The notes under the pieces were generated by a model that saw only the letters and a list, made by a program, of their open reading frames with translations, was not told the DNA's origin and ran no database searches. From IMG/VR virus record IMGVR_UViG_3300035208_003581, positions 32,001-96,000 of that record: 64,000 nucleotides of DNA; one strand, written 5' to 3'. Below are positions 1-11,019 of this stretch, one piece after another. This DNA comes from a virus. Lineage: Duplodnaviria; Caudoviricetes. The translations under genes were made by a program, and so were the position numbers. Within the stretch, counting starts at the first letter, position 1; every line of letters starts with the position of its first letter.

Positions 1-2
1 GT

Positions 3-2036
3 GCAACGTCACGATTTCAATACTTACGTTATGCTGAAATTTTACGTGTCGATTACGAATCTCTTATAGCTGATATAAAATTTATTGATTCTACTGGTAC
101 ACGTTCTGAAGTACCACTCACACAAGCTATGGTTGGACCTCGATCTTTTTTAGGTGGTATACCAGAGATAGGTAGTGTTGTAGTTATTGGGTGGCGTAAA
201 TTTGCAGAAGCAAATGCGGTTCCAGTTATTCTTGGATATATTCCTCGTGGTTATCTATCTAAGATAGAATATGAACCGACTAGTTTAGTTGATCCAAATA
301 GTACAGCTCCAATAGATGAGTTTCCTGAGTTATTTGGTACTTCACGATCTAAATATCGTAAAATATATCCAGGTGATATATTAGCTTCTTCTTCAAGAGG
401 AGCTGATTTTATTTTAGATAGTAATGCAAGAATGTACTCGTCTGGTGGAGATGAAGTTTTTCTTAAATCAGATGATCATAGTTTTTCAGTGAACACATTA
501 AATGATATACGTTCACTTGCATCTGGAAGACACACTAGTGGTCTAATCACTCGTAACAAATTATTATTTGTTGAAGATATTTTTAATGAGGATGGGATGA
601 TTATAACTGATCATCCTGCAAAGACTATATTAGAAGATTGGGGTTGGTTATCTGAAGATGGTGTTTTATTACCATCTATTGACTTTTCTTTTTTTAATAA
701 AATCATTCTTCCAAATGGTAAACCATATTATGTTGTACCAGGTCCACAAGATTATAATAAATCTTATAATGCTCAGATATTTTCATACACTGAGGATAGA
801 TTAGAGTTAAGTCATTTGTCTGATGGTACTTTGAGGGTAACAGAAGCTATTGATGGTGTGGAAATTGATCGTGAGTTACCTCTTATTGAACGTGTTTATG
901 GTACTTATGTTGGTAATTCTATTCTATCAGATTCTGATAGAAACTTATATGGTAGGGTTTTACGACCAATTTTATTTACGGGTAATAATGTAATACCTGG
1001 GGATGTAATACCTGGTTTTGTACCATGTTCTCGTGGTATTGACGCAGAAGATGAAAGATTAGCTGCTGCATATACTTATATTTTAAATCGTGTAGATGGT
1101 CGCGGTAAAATTTTTATATGCCATGATAAACAAGGTCATGGATATTATCATTTTCCATCTACTTCAGCAGATCACCCACTTGGTGCTGGTAAATCATTAT
1201 CTTTGAATACAGTTGGTAATATTAAAACTGTAATTGGTAAAGATTTAAATGGTACAAGTGTTGATATCACTACATCGGGATCACTTGATGCAAAACTTGG
1301 TAAAAATGATGATGGTTACAGTATTAATTTAGATACTGTTGGTGCAGCGTATATTAATTTAAAAGGTAAAGATTCTAATGGTTTTAGTTATAGATTTTTA
1401 TGTTCTGGGCAAGCAAATGAACAATACCAAAACAGTAAGTCTGTGATAGTTACAGGTTCATATAAAGAAATTGTAAGTGGAACTAAAGACGCTCAATATT
1501 CAAAATACACATTAAAAACACAAGGTGAACTTTCTGAATTCGTAGGAGAAAAAAAATCAATTACTGTAAAAGCAAATGTTGATGCTTCATACGGTGAGGG
1601 TATTGCCGAAACTGTTATTCAAGGTGATTTTGAACAGACAAATATGCTTGGTAGTCATAAAACAAAACTTCTAGCTGGGGATAAAGTTGTTGAAATTGTT
1701 CTTGGCAATAAGAAAAATACCATTATAACTGGTAATGTTACAGAAGACATTACTACTGGTAATTATGAAATAAAAGTTAAAGCTGGTAATATTACATTAG
1801 GTACAAAAGCAGGGAACATTGATATTTCTACAAAAGCTGGTACCATTACATTGGATGCAACATTACCTGTTACCGTAAAAAGTGCAATTAAAGTTGTTAT
1901 TGATGCTCCTATGGTTGATATTGGTAAAGTGCTTGCAGGTGGAGTTGTTTCTGGTACTGGTCCACCAAATCCAGGTGGTCATCTTGATTATATCACTGGT
2001 GTACCTATCATGGGATCTCCTACAGTTAAGGTTTAA
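3..2036 (+). CDS. Baseplate central spike (gpV/gp5/VgrG-like), 5' end outside window
   Basis: Frame is open from position 3 (ATSRFQYLRYAEILRVDY...). OB-fold-type motif GIPEIGSVVVIGW; C-terminal beta-helix-like repeats (ITTGNYEIKVKAGNITLGTKAGNIDISTKAG); heads a baseplate operon. Confidence 0.75.
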   Translation, partial: ATSRFQYLRYAEILRVDYESLIADIKFIDSTGTRSEVPLTQAMVGPRSFLGGIPEIGSVVVIGWRKFAEANAVPVILGYIPRGYLSKIEYEPTSLVDPNSTAPIDEFPELFGTSRSKYRKIYPGDILASSSRGADFILDSNARMYSSGGDEVFLKSDDHSFSVNTLNDIRSLASGRHTSGLITRNKLLFVEDIFNEDGMIITDHPAKTILEDWGWLSEDGVLLPSIDFSFFNKIILPNGKPYYVVPGPQDYNKSYNAQIFSYTEDRLELSHLSDGTLRVTEAIDGVEIDRELPLIERVYGTYVGNSILSDSDRNLYGRVLRPILFTGNNVIPGDVIPGFVPCSRGIDAEDERLAAAYTYILNRVDGRGKIFICHDKQGHGYYHFPSTSADHPLGAGKSLSLNTVGNIKTVIGKDLNGTSVDITTSGSLDAKLGKNDDGYSINLDTVGAAYINLKGKDSNGFSYRFLCSGQANEQYQNSKSVIVTGSYKEIVSGTKDAQYSKYTLKTQGELSEFVGEKKSITVKANVDASYGEGIAETVIQGDFEQTNMLGSHKTKLLAGDKVVEIVLGNKKNTIITGNVTEDITTGNYEIKVKAGNITLGTKAGNIDISTKAGTITLDATLPVTVKSAIKVVIDAPMVDIGKVLAGGVVSGTGPPNPGGHLDYITGVPIMGSPTVKV

Positions 2037-2037
2037 T

Positions 2038-2628
2038 ATGCCTTTAGTACCTACTGCATTACAAGGTTTAATGACACCACTTGCTAGTGCGGGTTCTATT
2101 GCAGGTATGTATTCTCCACAGTTGATTTTAGGTTTATCAAATGGTATAACAGCATATCTGCTTACACTCCAAGTGAAAACAACAGATGTTGGTACATTAG
2201 GAGTAGGTATAGGTACAGGTAAAGTTATTATTACACCTCCACAATTGGTAGGTCCATTAATGGGTGCAGCATCCTCAAATTCATTAACAGGAACATATGT
2301 AGCAGGATTAATGTCTGCTATAGGTACAGCAACTGCTTCATTTATTGTTAGTGCTGGTATGGTAACATCTCAACATCCAACAGTAGCTATAGGGTCTGGG
2401 ATAGGTCAATTTATCCCCACAGGTCCAAGTCCATTGCAGGGTCAACTCATGGGTATGCTTTCAGCATCAGGGTTTACAGGGCAATATTTAGTATCTTTAG
2501 CGACTGCAGTAGCACAAGGTATAACACAGGGATTAGGAACAGCACAGATTATACAAGTGATTACAGGTACACCTATAACTCCTCCACCATTACCTGGTTC
2601 TGGTGTTGGTATTGGGAAATTAATATGA
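2038..2628 (+). CDS. Gly/Ala-rich hydrophobic three-repeat protein, putative spike-tip protein
   Basis: ATG 2038 lies right after the spike stop; three ~65-aa repeats ending GxGxGxG[KQ]xI; almost no charged residues. Confidence 0.6.
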   Translation: MPLVPTALQGLMTPLASAGSIAGMYSPQLILGLSNGITAYLLTLQVKTTDVGTLGVGIGTGKVIITPPQLVGPLMGAASSNSLTGTYVAGLMSAIGTATASFIVSAGMVTSQHPTVAIGSGIGQFIPTGPSPLQGQLMGMLSASGFTGQYLVSLATAVAQGITQGLGTAQIIQVITGTPITPPPLPGSGVGIGKLI

Positions 2629-5600
2629 GTTCTATTAAATTAAATTTAGATGGTTGGGTGCTTAGAAAACCTCGTGTTGCTTCAGCAAATGCAATTACGA
2701 CATCATCTCCAGATACTGTAGAAAATCCTTCTTTTGATCCACAAGAGCGAGCAGATTATTTTGTTAGTTGTATGAATAACAGTCAATTACGAGATTCTGA
2801 ATTTGCATGGTCAAAAAGTACATCTGATAGATTGAGAATGGGATACTCTGATGTAGATCAGAGATGGGTACCACTTCCAGGTATATCACCTATAAATATT
2901 GGTATGATACAAAATGACCCACGTATAAAAGTACCGTATTTACCAAATATTAATTTTAATTACAGATTTTTTATAACAGATCCAAGTGCTCAGAATCTTA
3001 TAACATGTAATTTGGTGACATCATTTTCAAATCCAGTATCACTTTCATCTGGTGTATTTGAAATTAATACTGATACTCTTGAAATGAATTTTTCTCAGGA
3101 TGATGTTGATATATATGAGGGAGAAAATGTTTATTATCAAGGTCATCAATTTGTAGATATTAAAGATCCATTACGTGCAAATATTGGATTAATGTCTTCT
3201 ACTGGTTATAGATTAGCATTATCTCCTATACCAGAACATGGCATGCATCCAATTATAAGAATTGGTTATCAGATATCATTACATACTATTGAAGTAGACA
3301 CTGAGAGTAATTTTACATCAGTATCATCAGGTACTGTGCAATGGAGTTTAGATAAAGGGACATTAAATTTTAATACATCAGATATCATTTCTAATGAGAC
3401 ATCACCAGTATATTATTGGGGTGTATATGATTATATTTCAACACCAGGAACATCACCATTATATAATCCACAAATAGGCACAGTTAATTTAACGGGTATT
3501 GTTGGTACATACCCTGGATCACTTCCATTAAATGATTCAGATTTGATAATATATTTTACAAATGGTGTTGATTATAAACAAATTGAGAAAACTATTGAGG
3601 TTGACGAGCATTCTACAGTAGTAAAATATGGTACAGCACAAGTTCGTTTGGATAATGGTTTGGTTAAATGTAATGTTTCAGAAGTTCGTAAGTATTTAGG
3701 GTGGCAAGTTTATGCTGTTTTAGGAGATTTTAATTTAGATGGGGAAGACATTAAATTACGTTTATTCCGTTCATTTGTGAATAAAAATGGTGCAGATGAA
3801 ACTATATTTGATGTATCTTGTTTTGTATCTATAAATAATGTTACTTTTGTTGAAAAGTTAATTGCTTCACCTATATTACCAATTCCAATATCACCAATAG
3901 AACCACCTATCTCAGGATATGATTCTCCAAGTTTTACAGTATCAGGTGAGTTTGATTCTATATTAAAAGATTTGAAAACATATACTGGTGTTGGTGATGG
4001 CTTTATCATCGACTATCATAATAGATTGTTGACATTATGTGAGAGAAAATCTTTCAATGTTACTCTTAATGCTGTTTCACCTCATTATAATTTCCCAGAT
4101 GTTGGTATTTTAGAGTATGATTTTCAATTAAATAGAATACCTGAAAGTGGTCCTATTCAAGCTCTTACAGAAGATGACTATATTTTAGATTCAAATGCAG
4201 GTGTAGTATTTTTTACTGATAGGAAAGGGAAAGTATTATCACAAAGTACTACTGGTTATGTTCTTTCTAATGATGTTTTGCAAGATACAAAGGTGAATTT
4301 CACATCTGTGTTAATCGGGAAACAATTAGTTATTTTAAGTGGGGCAAATAAAGGGTCATATATAATTGAATCTGTACTTTCTACACATCAGATACAGATT
4401 TCATCAGACATACCGTTCCTATCTATTTCAAAAACATCATATGAAATATGGGATAATCCTGAGATTTTATGTGATAGAGTATGGGAAGAAACTACAGTAC
4501 CAGAGGATTTATTTAAACTTTATCGTGAATCACCGCTTGGATTGATAACAAATTCACCAAGATTGTCTGTCCCAATTGTTGATGTAAATTCTCGATTATC
4601 ATTTATGGTTAATGGTAATAATATTACTGTAGAATATGTTAATGATGATACTGATTTCACTTCAACCATTCAAGGTACTGCACAAATATCAATAACTACT
4701 GGTAATGTTAATTTTTCAACAGATGATATTTTGGATAATGCGGGATTTACTGTATATGGTTTTCTATGGTTATATCGTTCAGAATATATTCTTAACTCTA
4801 GTAATGGTGCAATAATATTAAACACACCATTATCATCTGGTGAGCGTTTAAAAGTATATTATTATTTAAGTGAAGATGAGTCATTTATAAATGAATATCT
4901 TCCTATAAAAATTTTAGGTGAACAAGCTACATTTACTGTTGGTTCAACAATAGCACATTTTAATCCTGATAATAAAGGTACACTCTCTTCTCGTGGTGCA
5001 TTAATTTGGATAGGTAATAAAGAAACTGATGTAGGTAGGTATTATAGATTAAATAGTGTGAAAACAAGTGATAAAGTTTCTATTAATTGGGATACAAATA
5101 CTATTCAAGTTTCAACACCTTTTACTTCTGAGAGTGAAGTTATTATTGAGTACCATGTAATGGATTCTTTTGGCGGTGAGATTTCATTTTCTTTAAGTTC
5201 TTATCCTATTTTTCTACCAAAATTTGAAATAATTAGTGGTGAAACAGCATTTGAAGTATATGGAGAACAAACTGCACTTTATAGCCCAGGAAAATTCATT
5301 TTATTAGATGATAGTGAAATTTATAAAGTTAGTGAATCTATATCACAGACTACATCAACTATAGTTGTTGTAACTACTCCATTTAAGTCTAATTTTTCTT
5401 TATCAACTCTTAAAATTACCAGTGAAGAATTACAAGCAAATTATTTTGAACCAATAGCATATAAATTTGAACAGACAATATTGAATTCGTATGAAATGGT
5501 TTTTAAAGATTCATTTCAAATGAAGTCTGGGACAGTGTTGGATTTAGACGATGACTTTTATATGGTTTTGCGTTCTTTTATAGATGAAAATGGGAGAACA

Positions 5601-8600
5601 CATGTTCAAGTGAGTAGTAAATTTTCTCGTGAATATACATATTCTTATGGTGTGTTAGAAAGGTCAATTCGACCAGTTTTTACAGATTTTTCATCAGCAT
5701 TTATATCTGATATGAGTATGTATATTTCTCAACCTGTTACATTAAATATTAGAAAATCAAATTCTTTAGAAACATTAATACTTGGAAATGATTATACAGT
5801 ATCTGAATCAGGTTTGGTAACACTCCTTACCACTGTTATTAGTGGTGGAGATTCTGTAGAATTAAATTATACTGGTAGAAAATTTTATCCTGTATCAACT
5901 AATTTTACTGGTAAGTATATCTATAGGATAATCCCATCTGCAAGTAATGGGTATCTAGGAGCTACATTAAAAGCTACATATACTGTATATAGCCCTGATA
6001 CTTTTTATTTTCGTGTTGAGCCATTTCAGACTATTTCAAATGAAGTGAGTGTTGCATTAGGAGAGATTGCAGTTGTTGGTGTACCTTCTTCTGGTCCACC
6101 TTCACCACCACCCCCACCACCAGGATTGAATGAAAAAGGTGGTGAGTCTTTTTATTGGAATTATGGCGATCTCAGTGATAGTGATTCAGTTTCAAGACGA
6201 TATCTTTTATTCTATACTGATGTAGTAAATGCCTTTGAGGATTTCTTTAAATATTTTGATGGTAGAGTAGTTGGTGATGTAAATGGTAAATTTTTATTTG
6301 ATGGTAATTTACATTCTGGTAATCCTGTTGAACCAAGTGTAGCTACAAACCACATAGACTCTGTAATCTACACAGACCCATTATGGCCTGTTTTTCCAAG
6401 CCCACCATTTCCATCTGGTTTCCCATTTAGAAGATCAAAGGCTATGTGGAAAGGTTCAAAATATAGTAGATTTTATCCAGAACGTGGTGTGTTCTTTACT
6501 ATGAGTTCTCCTTCAGAAGAAGGAGGTCTAACATATGCATTTCCTACTGAATTTCAAAAAGAGATTGCAGAAATAGGTCGTGAAGACCTTGCCTCAGTAT
6601 CAAATGTAAAGATGAGATTGGCACGGACTCGATTATTGAATATTGTCAATTCAGGTGTTAGTTCTGCTACATTGGAAGTAGAGAGTACTCTCGCAAACAG
6701 TGAAGAATTAAGATTTACTAATGAGACTTTTACAACACCGTCATTTGAAATAGGTGATCAATTATCTGTATCTCGTCCTGGTTACCCATTACCATTAGCA
6801 ATAGCACAAATCGTATCAAAAACAGATACATCACTAGTAGTACTATTTTTGCAACTAGATATAGCACCAATAATACCAACTACCCCTCAAGCATTATCAG
6901 TTGATTTATTACCAAATGACACTGTATCTCATAATGTATATTGGTGGGTAGATAATGGGGATGGTGATCCTATATCAGCTATTGAATATTATAGACAAGG
7001 TTTTGATTATATTGCAGATTTAAAAGAAGGTAAAATAATCAATATAACATTCCCTATACCAATAGGTCAGGTTCCAATTGATCCTGAAACATATATTGAT
7101 GGGGTATTAAGTTTCGGTAATAAGTTAACAACTCCATATAGATTCCCAGCATTAGATGGTTCTGTTAAAAATGATCAAGGTGATTTATCTATTCCGTATC
7201 TGAGCCCGTCATCAGATGTAGTTGATTTTAATAGTATATTTTCAATTGAGAACTTAAATATTTCAAGTATTGAAAATGAAACTATTGAAGGTTTTAAAGG
7301 AGATAATGGTTCAATATCAATAGATTTGAGAACATTTGATCTTGGTAAGTCTCCTACAGGTTTAAATTTATATGATACTTTATATATTTTAACAGGTTCA
7401 AATTCTGGGAAGTATTTAATTACAAGTATTACAGGTACAAGTGTTGGTGTTTCAAAATTCAAACACCAACAAGATAACTATGATGTGCTTAACCCAAGTT
7501 TTACTTGGGATGTATCGTATACAGTGTACGATGGTGTTGGTCCAACTGTGAGATATACTAGTACAGATGGTCAGATTCTATCGGATTTGAACACATTAAA
7601 AGATACTACTGTAAATTTCTTGACTTTGGGTAATGAAGTACAGACAGGTGATACCATAGTTATTAATAGTTCTTCTAATTATTTTAATAATGGTACATAT
7701 ATAGTTTTATCTGCTACAAGTACAGAATTATCCATACAATGTTTTAATACTGCTGAATCAAATATTGATTATGTTGTGGAATATGGTACAGCACGTGTGA
7801 ATAGCACACATGGTTACTTTAGTGTAAATAATATATTATCAGATACATATTCACCTGATTTTTCATTTGTGGTAAAAGGTGATATATTAGTAGTAACTAC
7901 AGGTAAGAATATTGGTAAATATGTGGTTGATACTGTATACAGTACAGTGTTTCAAGTTATGATAAGTGGTTCATCAAGATTATTAGAGAGTGATACAGCC
8001 ACACTTACATTATCAGATTCATCTCTAACAACAGTATCGGATTATTTTCAAGTAAGTGATGTAGGTCGTTATATACTGATTACAGATTCTGTTTCATATG
8101 ATGGGGAATATGTTATTTCAAGTGTGTTGAGTCCGAATAAAGTAGTATTATCTGGTCTTATTATAAGTTCTGATGAGTCTTGTAATTTCTCACTTGAGTG
8201 CTCATATCATATTGATAATGTCCGTCGAGGGTCATCATATGTGACATCGTGGAAACAGACACTTTTAAATGAGCAGTCTGCATTACAAGATATAAATTTA
8301 CAAAATAAAATACAGATTTTATTTTACACATTGTATAGTGAGACACCTAATATATCAGGTATTTCAGGTTCTGTTATTAGCACATATATATTTAAGGATA
8401 TTGGTAAGGATTATTCTACTGCTGAATCTGGGGATTGTTTAGAGATCACAAGTGGTGACAATATTGGTTTTTATTTTATAGAAGAAATAAATGGTGATGA
8501 GATAACAATAGACACTACAGGAAATGAATTTGTTCTTATTGGTGAATCATCTTTATCATATAACTTATTTAAAGGTAATTCAAGATTTTCTGAAGATTTG

Positions 8601-8954
8601 AGAAATCCTATTTTATCATATCGTAATGAGATCATACATATGCTATCTACAATAGATGAAGCATTATTATATGCAACTATAGGTTTAAATGTTGATTATG
8701 GTGATCCAACTAATATATATTTAAATGAACGTAATGTATATGTGGATGAATTTTTATTTAATTTATCTCTTCTTATAGAAGAGATTGAAAATGCAGTAAC
8801 ATATATTGATAAATTATATGATAAAAGATTTTCTTGGATTGATTTTAGAATAAATCTTGAAAAAGGGACATTGCCAAAAATTGAAAGACTTGTGTCTGAA
8901 AGAGATAAAAATATTTTAGAACTAGAGAAGAAAATACTTATGTTAAACTCTTAG
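2625..8954 (+). CDS. Very large virion structural (baseplate-associated) protein, 2109 aa
   Basis: Long ORF in tail operon; repeated beta modules (GDxLxIxxGxNxGxYxIxxV); poly-Pro linker near 6094-6122; helical C-terminus. Confidence 0.7.
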   Translation: MSSIKLNLDGWVLRKPRVASANAITTSSPDTVENPSFDPQERADYFVSCMNNSQLRDSEFAWSKSTSDRLRMGYSDVDQRWVPLPGISPINIGMIQNDPRIKVPYLPNINFNYRFFITDPSAQNLITCNLVTSFSNPVSLSSGVFEINTDTLEMNFSQDDVDIYEGENVYYQGHQFVDIKDPLRANIGLMSSTGYRLALSPIPEHGMHPIIRIGYQISLHTIEVDTESNFTSVSSGTVQWSLDKGTLNFNTSDIISNETSPVYYWGVYDYISTPGTSPLYNPQIGTVNLTGIVGTYPGSLPLNDSDLIIYFTNGVDYKQIEKTIEVDEHSTVVKYGTAQVRLDNGLVKCNVSEVRKYLGWQVYAVLGDFNLDGEDIKLRLFRSFVNKNGADETIFDVSCFVSINNVTFVEKLIASPILPIPISPIEPPISGYDSPSFTVSGEFDSILKDLKTYTGVGDGFIIDYHNRLLTLCERKSFNVTLNAVSPHYNFPDVGILEYDFQLNRIPESGPIQALTEDDYILDSNAGVVFFTDRKGKVLSQSTTGYVLSNDVLQDTKVNFTSVLIGKQLVILSGANKGSYIIESVLSTHQIQISSDIPFLSISKTSYEIWDNPEILCDRVWEETTVPEDLFKLYRESPLGLITNSPRLSVPIVDVNSRLSFMVNGNNITVEYVNDDTDFTSTIQGTAQISITTGNVNFSTDDILDNAGFTVYGFLWLYRSEYILNSSNGAIILNTPLSSGERLKVYYYLSEDESFINEYLPIKILGEQATFTVGSTIAHFNPDNKGTLSSRGALIWIGNKETDVGRYYRLNSVKTSDKVSINWDTNTIQVSTPFTSESEVIIEYHVMDSFGGEISFSLSSYPIFLPKFEIISGETAFEVYGEQTALYSPGKFILLDDSEIYKVSESISQTTSTIVVVTTPFKSNFSLSTLKITSEELQANYFEPIAYKFEQTILNSYEMVFKDSFQMKSGTVLDLDDDFYMVLRSFIDENGRTHVQVSSKFSREYTYSYGVLERSIRPVFTDFSSAFISDMSMYISQPVTLNIRKSNSLETLILGNDYTVSESGLVTLLTTVISGGDSVELNYTGRKFYPVSTNFTGKYIYRIIPSASNGYLGATLKATYTVYSPDTFYFRVEPFQTISNEVSVALGEIAVVGVPSSGPPSPPPPPPGLNEKGGESFYWNYGDLSDSDSVSRRYLLFYTDVVNAFEDFFKYFDGRVVGDVNGKFLFDGNLHSGNPVEPSVATNHIDSVIYTDPLWPVFPSPPFPSGFPFRRSKAMWKGSKYSRFYPERGVFFTMSSPSEEGGLTYAFPTEFQKEIAEIGREDLASVSNVKMRLARTRLLNIVNSGVSSATLEVESTLANSEELRFTNETFTTPSFEIGDQLSVSRPGYPLPLAIAQIVSKTDTSLVVLFLQLDIAPIIPTTPQALSVDLLPNDTVSHNVYWWVDNGDGDPISAIEYYRQGFDYIADLKEGKIINITFPIPIGQVPIDPETYIDGVLSFGNKLTTPYRFPALDGSVKNDQGDLSIPYLSPSSDVVDFNSIFSIENLNISSIENETIEGFKGDNGSISIDLRTFDLGKSPTGLNLYDTLYILTGSNSGKYLITSITGTSVGVSKFKHQQDNYDVLNPSFTWDVSYTVYDGVGPTVRYTSTDGQILSDLNTLKDTTVNFLTLGNEVQTGDTIVINSSSNYFNNGTYIVLSATSTELSIQCFNTAESNIDYVVEYGTARVNSTHGYFSVNNILSDTYSPDFSFVVKGDILVVTTGKNIGKYVVDTVYSTVFQVMISGSSRLLESDTATLTLSDSSLTTVSDYFQVSDVGRYILITDSVSYDGEYVISSVLSPNKVVLSGLIISSDESCNFSLECSYHIDNVRRGSSYVTSWKQTLLNEQSALQDINLQNKIQILFYTLYSETPNISGISGSVISTYIFKDIGKDYSTAESGDCLEITSGDNIGFYFIEEINGDEITIDTTGNEFVLIGESSLSYNLFKGNSRFSEDLRNPILSYRNEIIHMLSTIDEALLYATIGLNVDYGDPTNIYLNERNVYVDEFLFNLSLLIEEIENAVTYIDKLYDKRFSWIDFRINLEKGTLPKIERLVSERDKNILELEKKILMLNS

Positions 8955-8966
8955 TGGAGTGAGAAA

Positions 8967-9134
8967 ATGTCTGAAAATTTTGAAGATAAAAAAGAGTATA
9001 AATGGATACAAAAAGATCCTTATGAAAACATAAGAAATGCAGTGATAACTCCATTAGAGGAATTAAAAAAAGAACTTATAGCAGAACGTAATAAACTGAA
9101 ATCTCAAATTAAAAATTTGAAGAAACAAAATTAA
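8967..9134 (+). CDS. Small coiled-coil protein (55 aa, not in ORF track)
   Basis: GGAG upstream; MSENFEDKKEYKWIQKDPY...KLKSQIKNLKKQN* fills the gap between two operon genes. Confidence 0.75.
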   Translation: MSENFEDKKEYKWIQKDPYENIRNAVITPLEELKKELIAERNKLKSQIKNLKKQN

Positions 9135-9135
9135 T

Positions 9136-11016
9136 ATGGCTGAATGGGATAGTTTTAAAATACCTGGAACTGAAGAAATTGCAGATTTAGCAGATTCTGT
9201 AAGTAAACCTTTAAAGGGTATACGAACAGTTCTTAATCTTATAATGACAATAATGGATATTGCTAAAGCATTCCTTATTGATTTAGGTAACCCAGTTAAA
9301 GCATTACTCGAAGCATTAGTTTCTGTTATTATTAATTTATTAAATAATTTGAATCAAACAGGTAGTGTGTATTCATTAATGATAGTACCTGGATATCAAG
9401 GTCAAACATATCTGGATTTAAAGGGTGGTATAGAAAGATTTAAACGTACATTTTCAGATTCTATAAATGATACTGCTGATGCTCAACGTCCTCAATTTAG
9501 TTCGAGTTCTATTGTTGATACAGGTGCTTTTTTCTTGGTATTTGATAGTGGTGATGCTGGAGCTGTATTTGAAAATTTTTATAAATTATTCAAAGCAATG
9601 GGGATTTCAATTGAGTCTAATATGCCAGCACCAAGTAATATTAGAGGTTATCCATCTAATAAAGATGGCGAGTTAATTATTTCTAGTTTAGATATGTTAA
9701 AACAAAGTACTAAACCAGAAGCTGCTACTATTATGTGGGATACTACTACTACAACTGGAGCATCACTACTAGATGCATTTATACCACCAAAATGGAGAAT
9801 AGAACGTGATAGTACAAAAGAAGGTACTAAGTTATTAATAGATGAAACTGTTAAAAATGCTAATGGTGACGAGGTAGTTATACAGAGACAAGTTTATGAT
9901 GAAACCGGTAGACCTGTATATGAATATGAGTATTCTGAAGATATTGATACTAATGATAAAACTTTTTGGATAGGTGGCCTTCTTACAGGATCTTACCAAT
10001 GGATTGATAAAAGTGTTAATCCTGGAGATACTTGGTATTATCGTATACGTGGACTTATTGGAGATCCACAATCAGAAGTGATTGATGGTGTTCAAAGATT
10101 AAAAAATGGTCTTCTTGGAGTACCATCATCTCCAATTATGGTTGTGATGCCACCAGAGATGTCAGATATAGATTTCAGTAAAGATGATCCTGTAGCAGCA
10201 TTACTTGATACTTTATATGCGGGTTTAATTTTAGGTTTCCATTTACCATACAAAACAAGTCCTCAATTCACAGGTCATGGTCTTTTATATGAATATTTCC
10301 CATGGATATCCAATTATTTAACTGATGAAAAAGGTGATTTTTTTATTGTATCCCGTATGACATGGGCAGCTAGTTTAAGTGACTTTACAGCACATGGTAT
10401 CTCCAAATCAAAGGAAGTATTCCAAGCATTTTGGGATAAGTATAAAGAACACGGTAATGAAATTACTGATCTTATAAATACATATGGTCAAAAGGATGAA
10501 AGTTGCCCATATTTAAATGAAACTTCAATACCAGGACATAATATAGATACTTTTAGACAAGCTGTATATGAAGTTTTAATCCCTATTACGGGTACAATGA
10601 AGTTAAGTGGTACACCACCTAATTGGACTTCTGTTTTCAGAATAAATCAAATGATACCAGCAGAAGTATTTTCTATGATTCGTAAAGTAGAAGCAGAAAT
10701 AAGAGGATTATCTGAAGCATATGCTGGTGTAGTCGGTGATATTATTACATTTATTGGAATGTTAGAGAATAAAATAGATGCATTAAATGAACTTATCACA
10801 TATATTGAATCTATTATTGATTTATTTAAATCATTTTCATTTCCAGGTATGTATATGCTTTATATTGAACCACAAGGAGATGGTATTTCTGGTATAGTAT
10901 CTGCATTAAATTCAGCTACAGGTGGTCCAGAGCCAAGTCCTAATAATTTTACTGCTGGTATATGCTTAGTTTTTGGTGCACCTTTAAGTACATTTTTTGA
11001 TTTAATTGCAGGTTAA
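9136..11016 (+). CDS. Structural protein with FN3-like domain and helical termini
   Basis: WIDKSVNPGDTWYYRIRG FN3-like signature; operon context. Confidence 0.6.
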   Translation: MAEWDSFKIPGTEEIADLADSVSKPLKGIRTVLNLIMTIMDIAKAFLIDLGNPVKALLEALVSVIINLLNNLNQTGSVYSLMIVPGYQGQTYLDLKGGIERFKRTFSDSINDTADAQRPQFSSSSIVDTGAFFLVFDSGDAGAVFENFYKLFKAMGISIESNMPAPSNIRGYPSNKDGELIISSLDMLKQSTKPEAATIMWDTTTTTGASLLDAFIPPKWRIERDSTKEGTKLLIDETVKNANGDEVVIQRQVYDETGRPVYEYEYSEDIDTNDKTFWIGGLLTGSYQWIDKSVNPGDTWYYRIRGLIGDPQSEVIDGVQRLKNGLLGVPSSPIMVVMPPEMSDIDFSKDDPVAALLDTLYAGLILGFHLPYKTSPQFTGHGLLYEYFPWISNYLTDEKGDFFIVSRMTWAASLSDFTAHGISKSKEVFQAFWDKYKEHGNEITDLINTYGQKDESCPYLNETSIPGHNIDTFRQAVYEVLIPITGTMKLSGTPPNWTSVFRINQMIPAEVFSMIRKVEAEIRGLSEAYAGVVGDIITFIGMLENKIDALNELITYIESIIDLFKSFSFPGMYMLYIEPQGDGISGIVSALNSATGGPEPSPNNFTAGICLVFGAPLSTFFDLIAG

Positions 11017-11019
11017 CAA

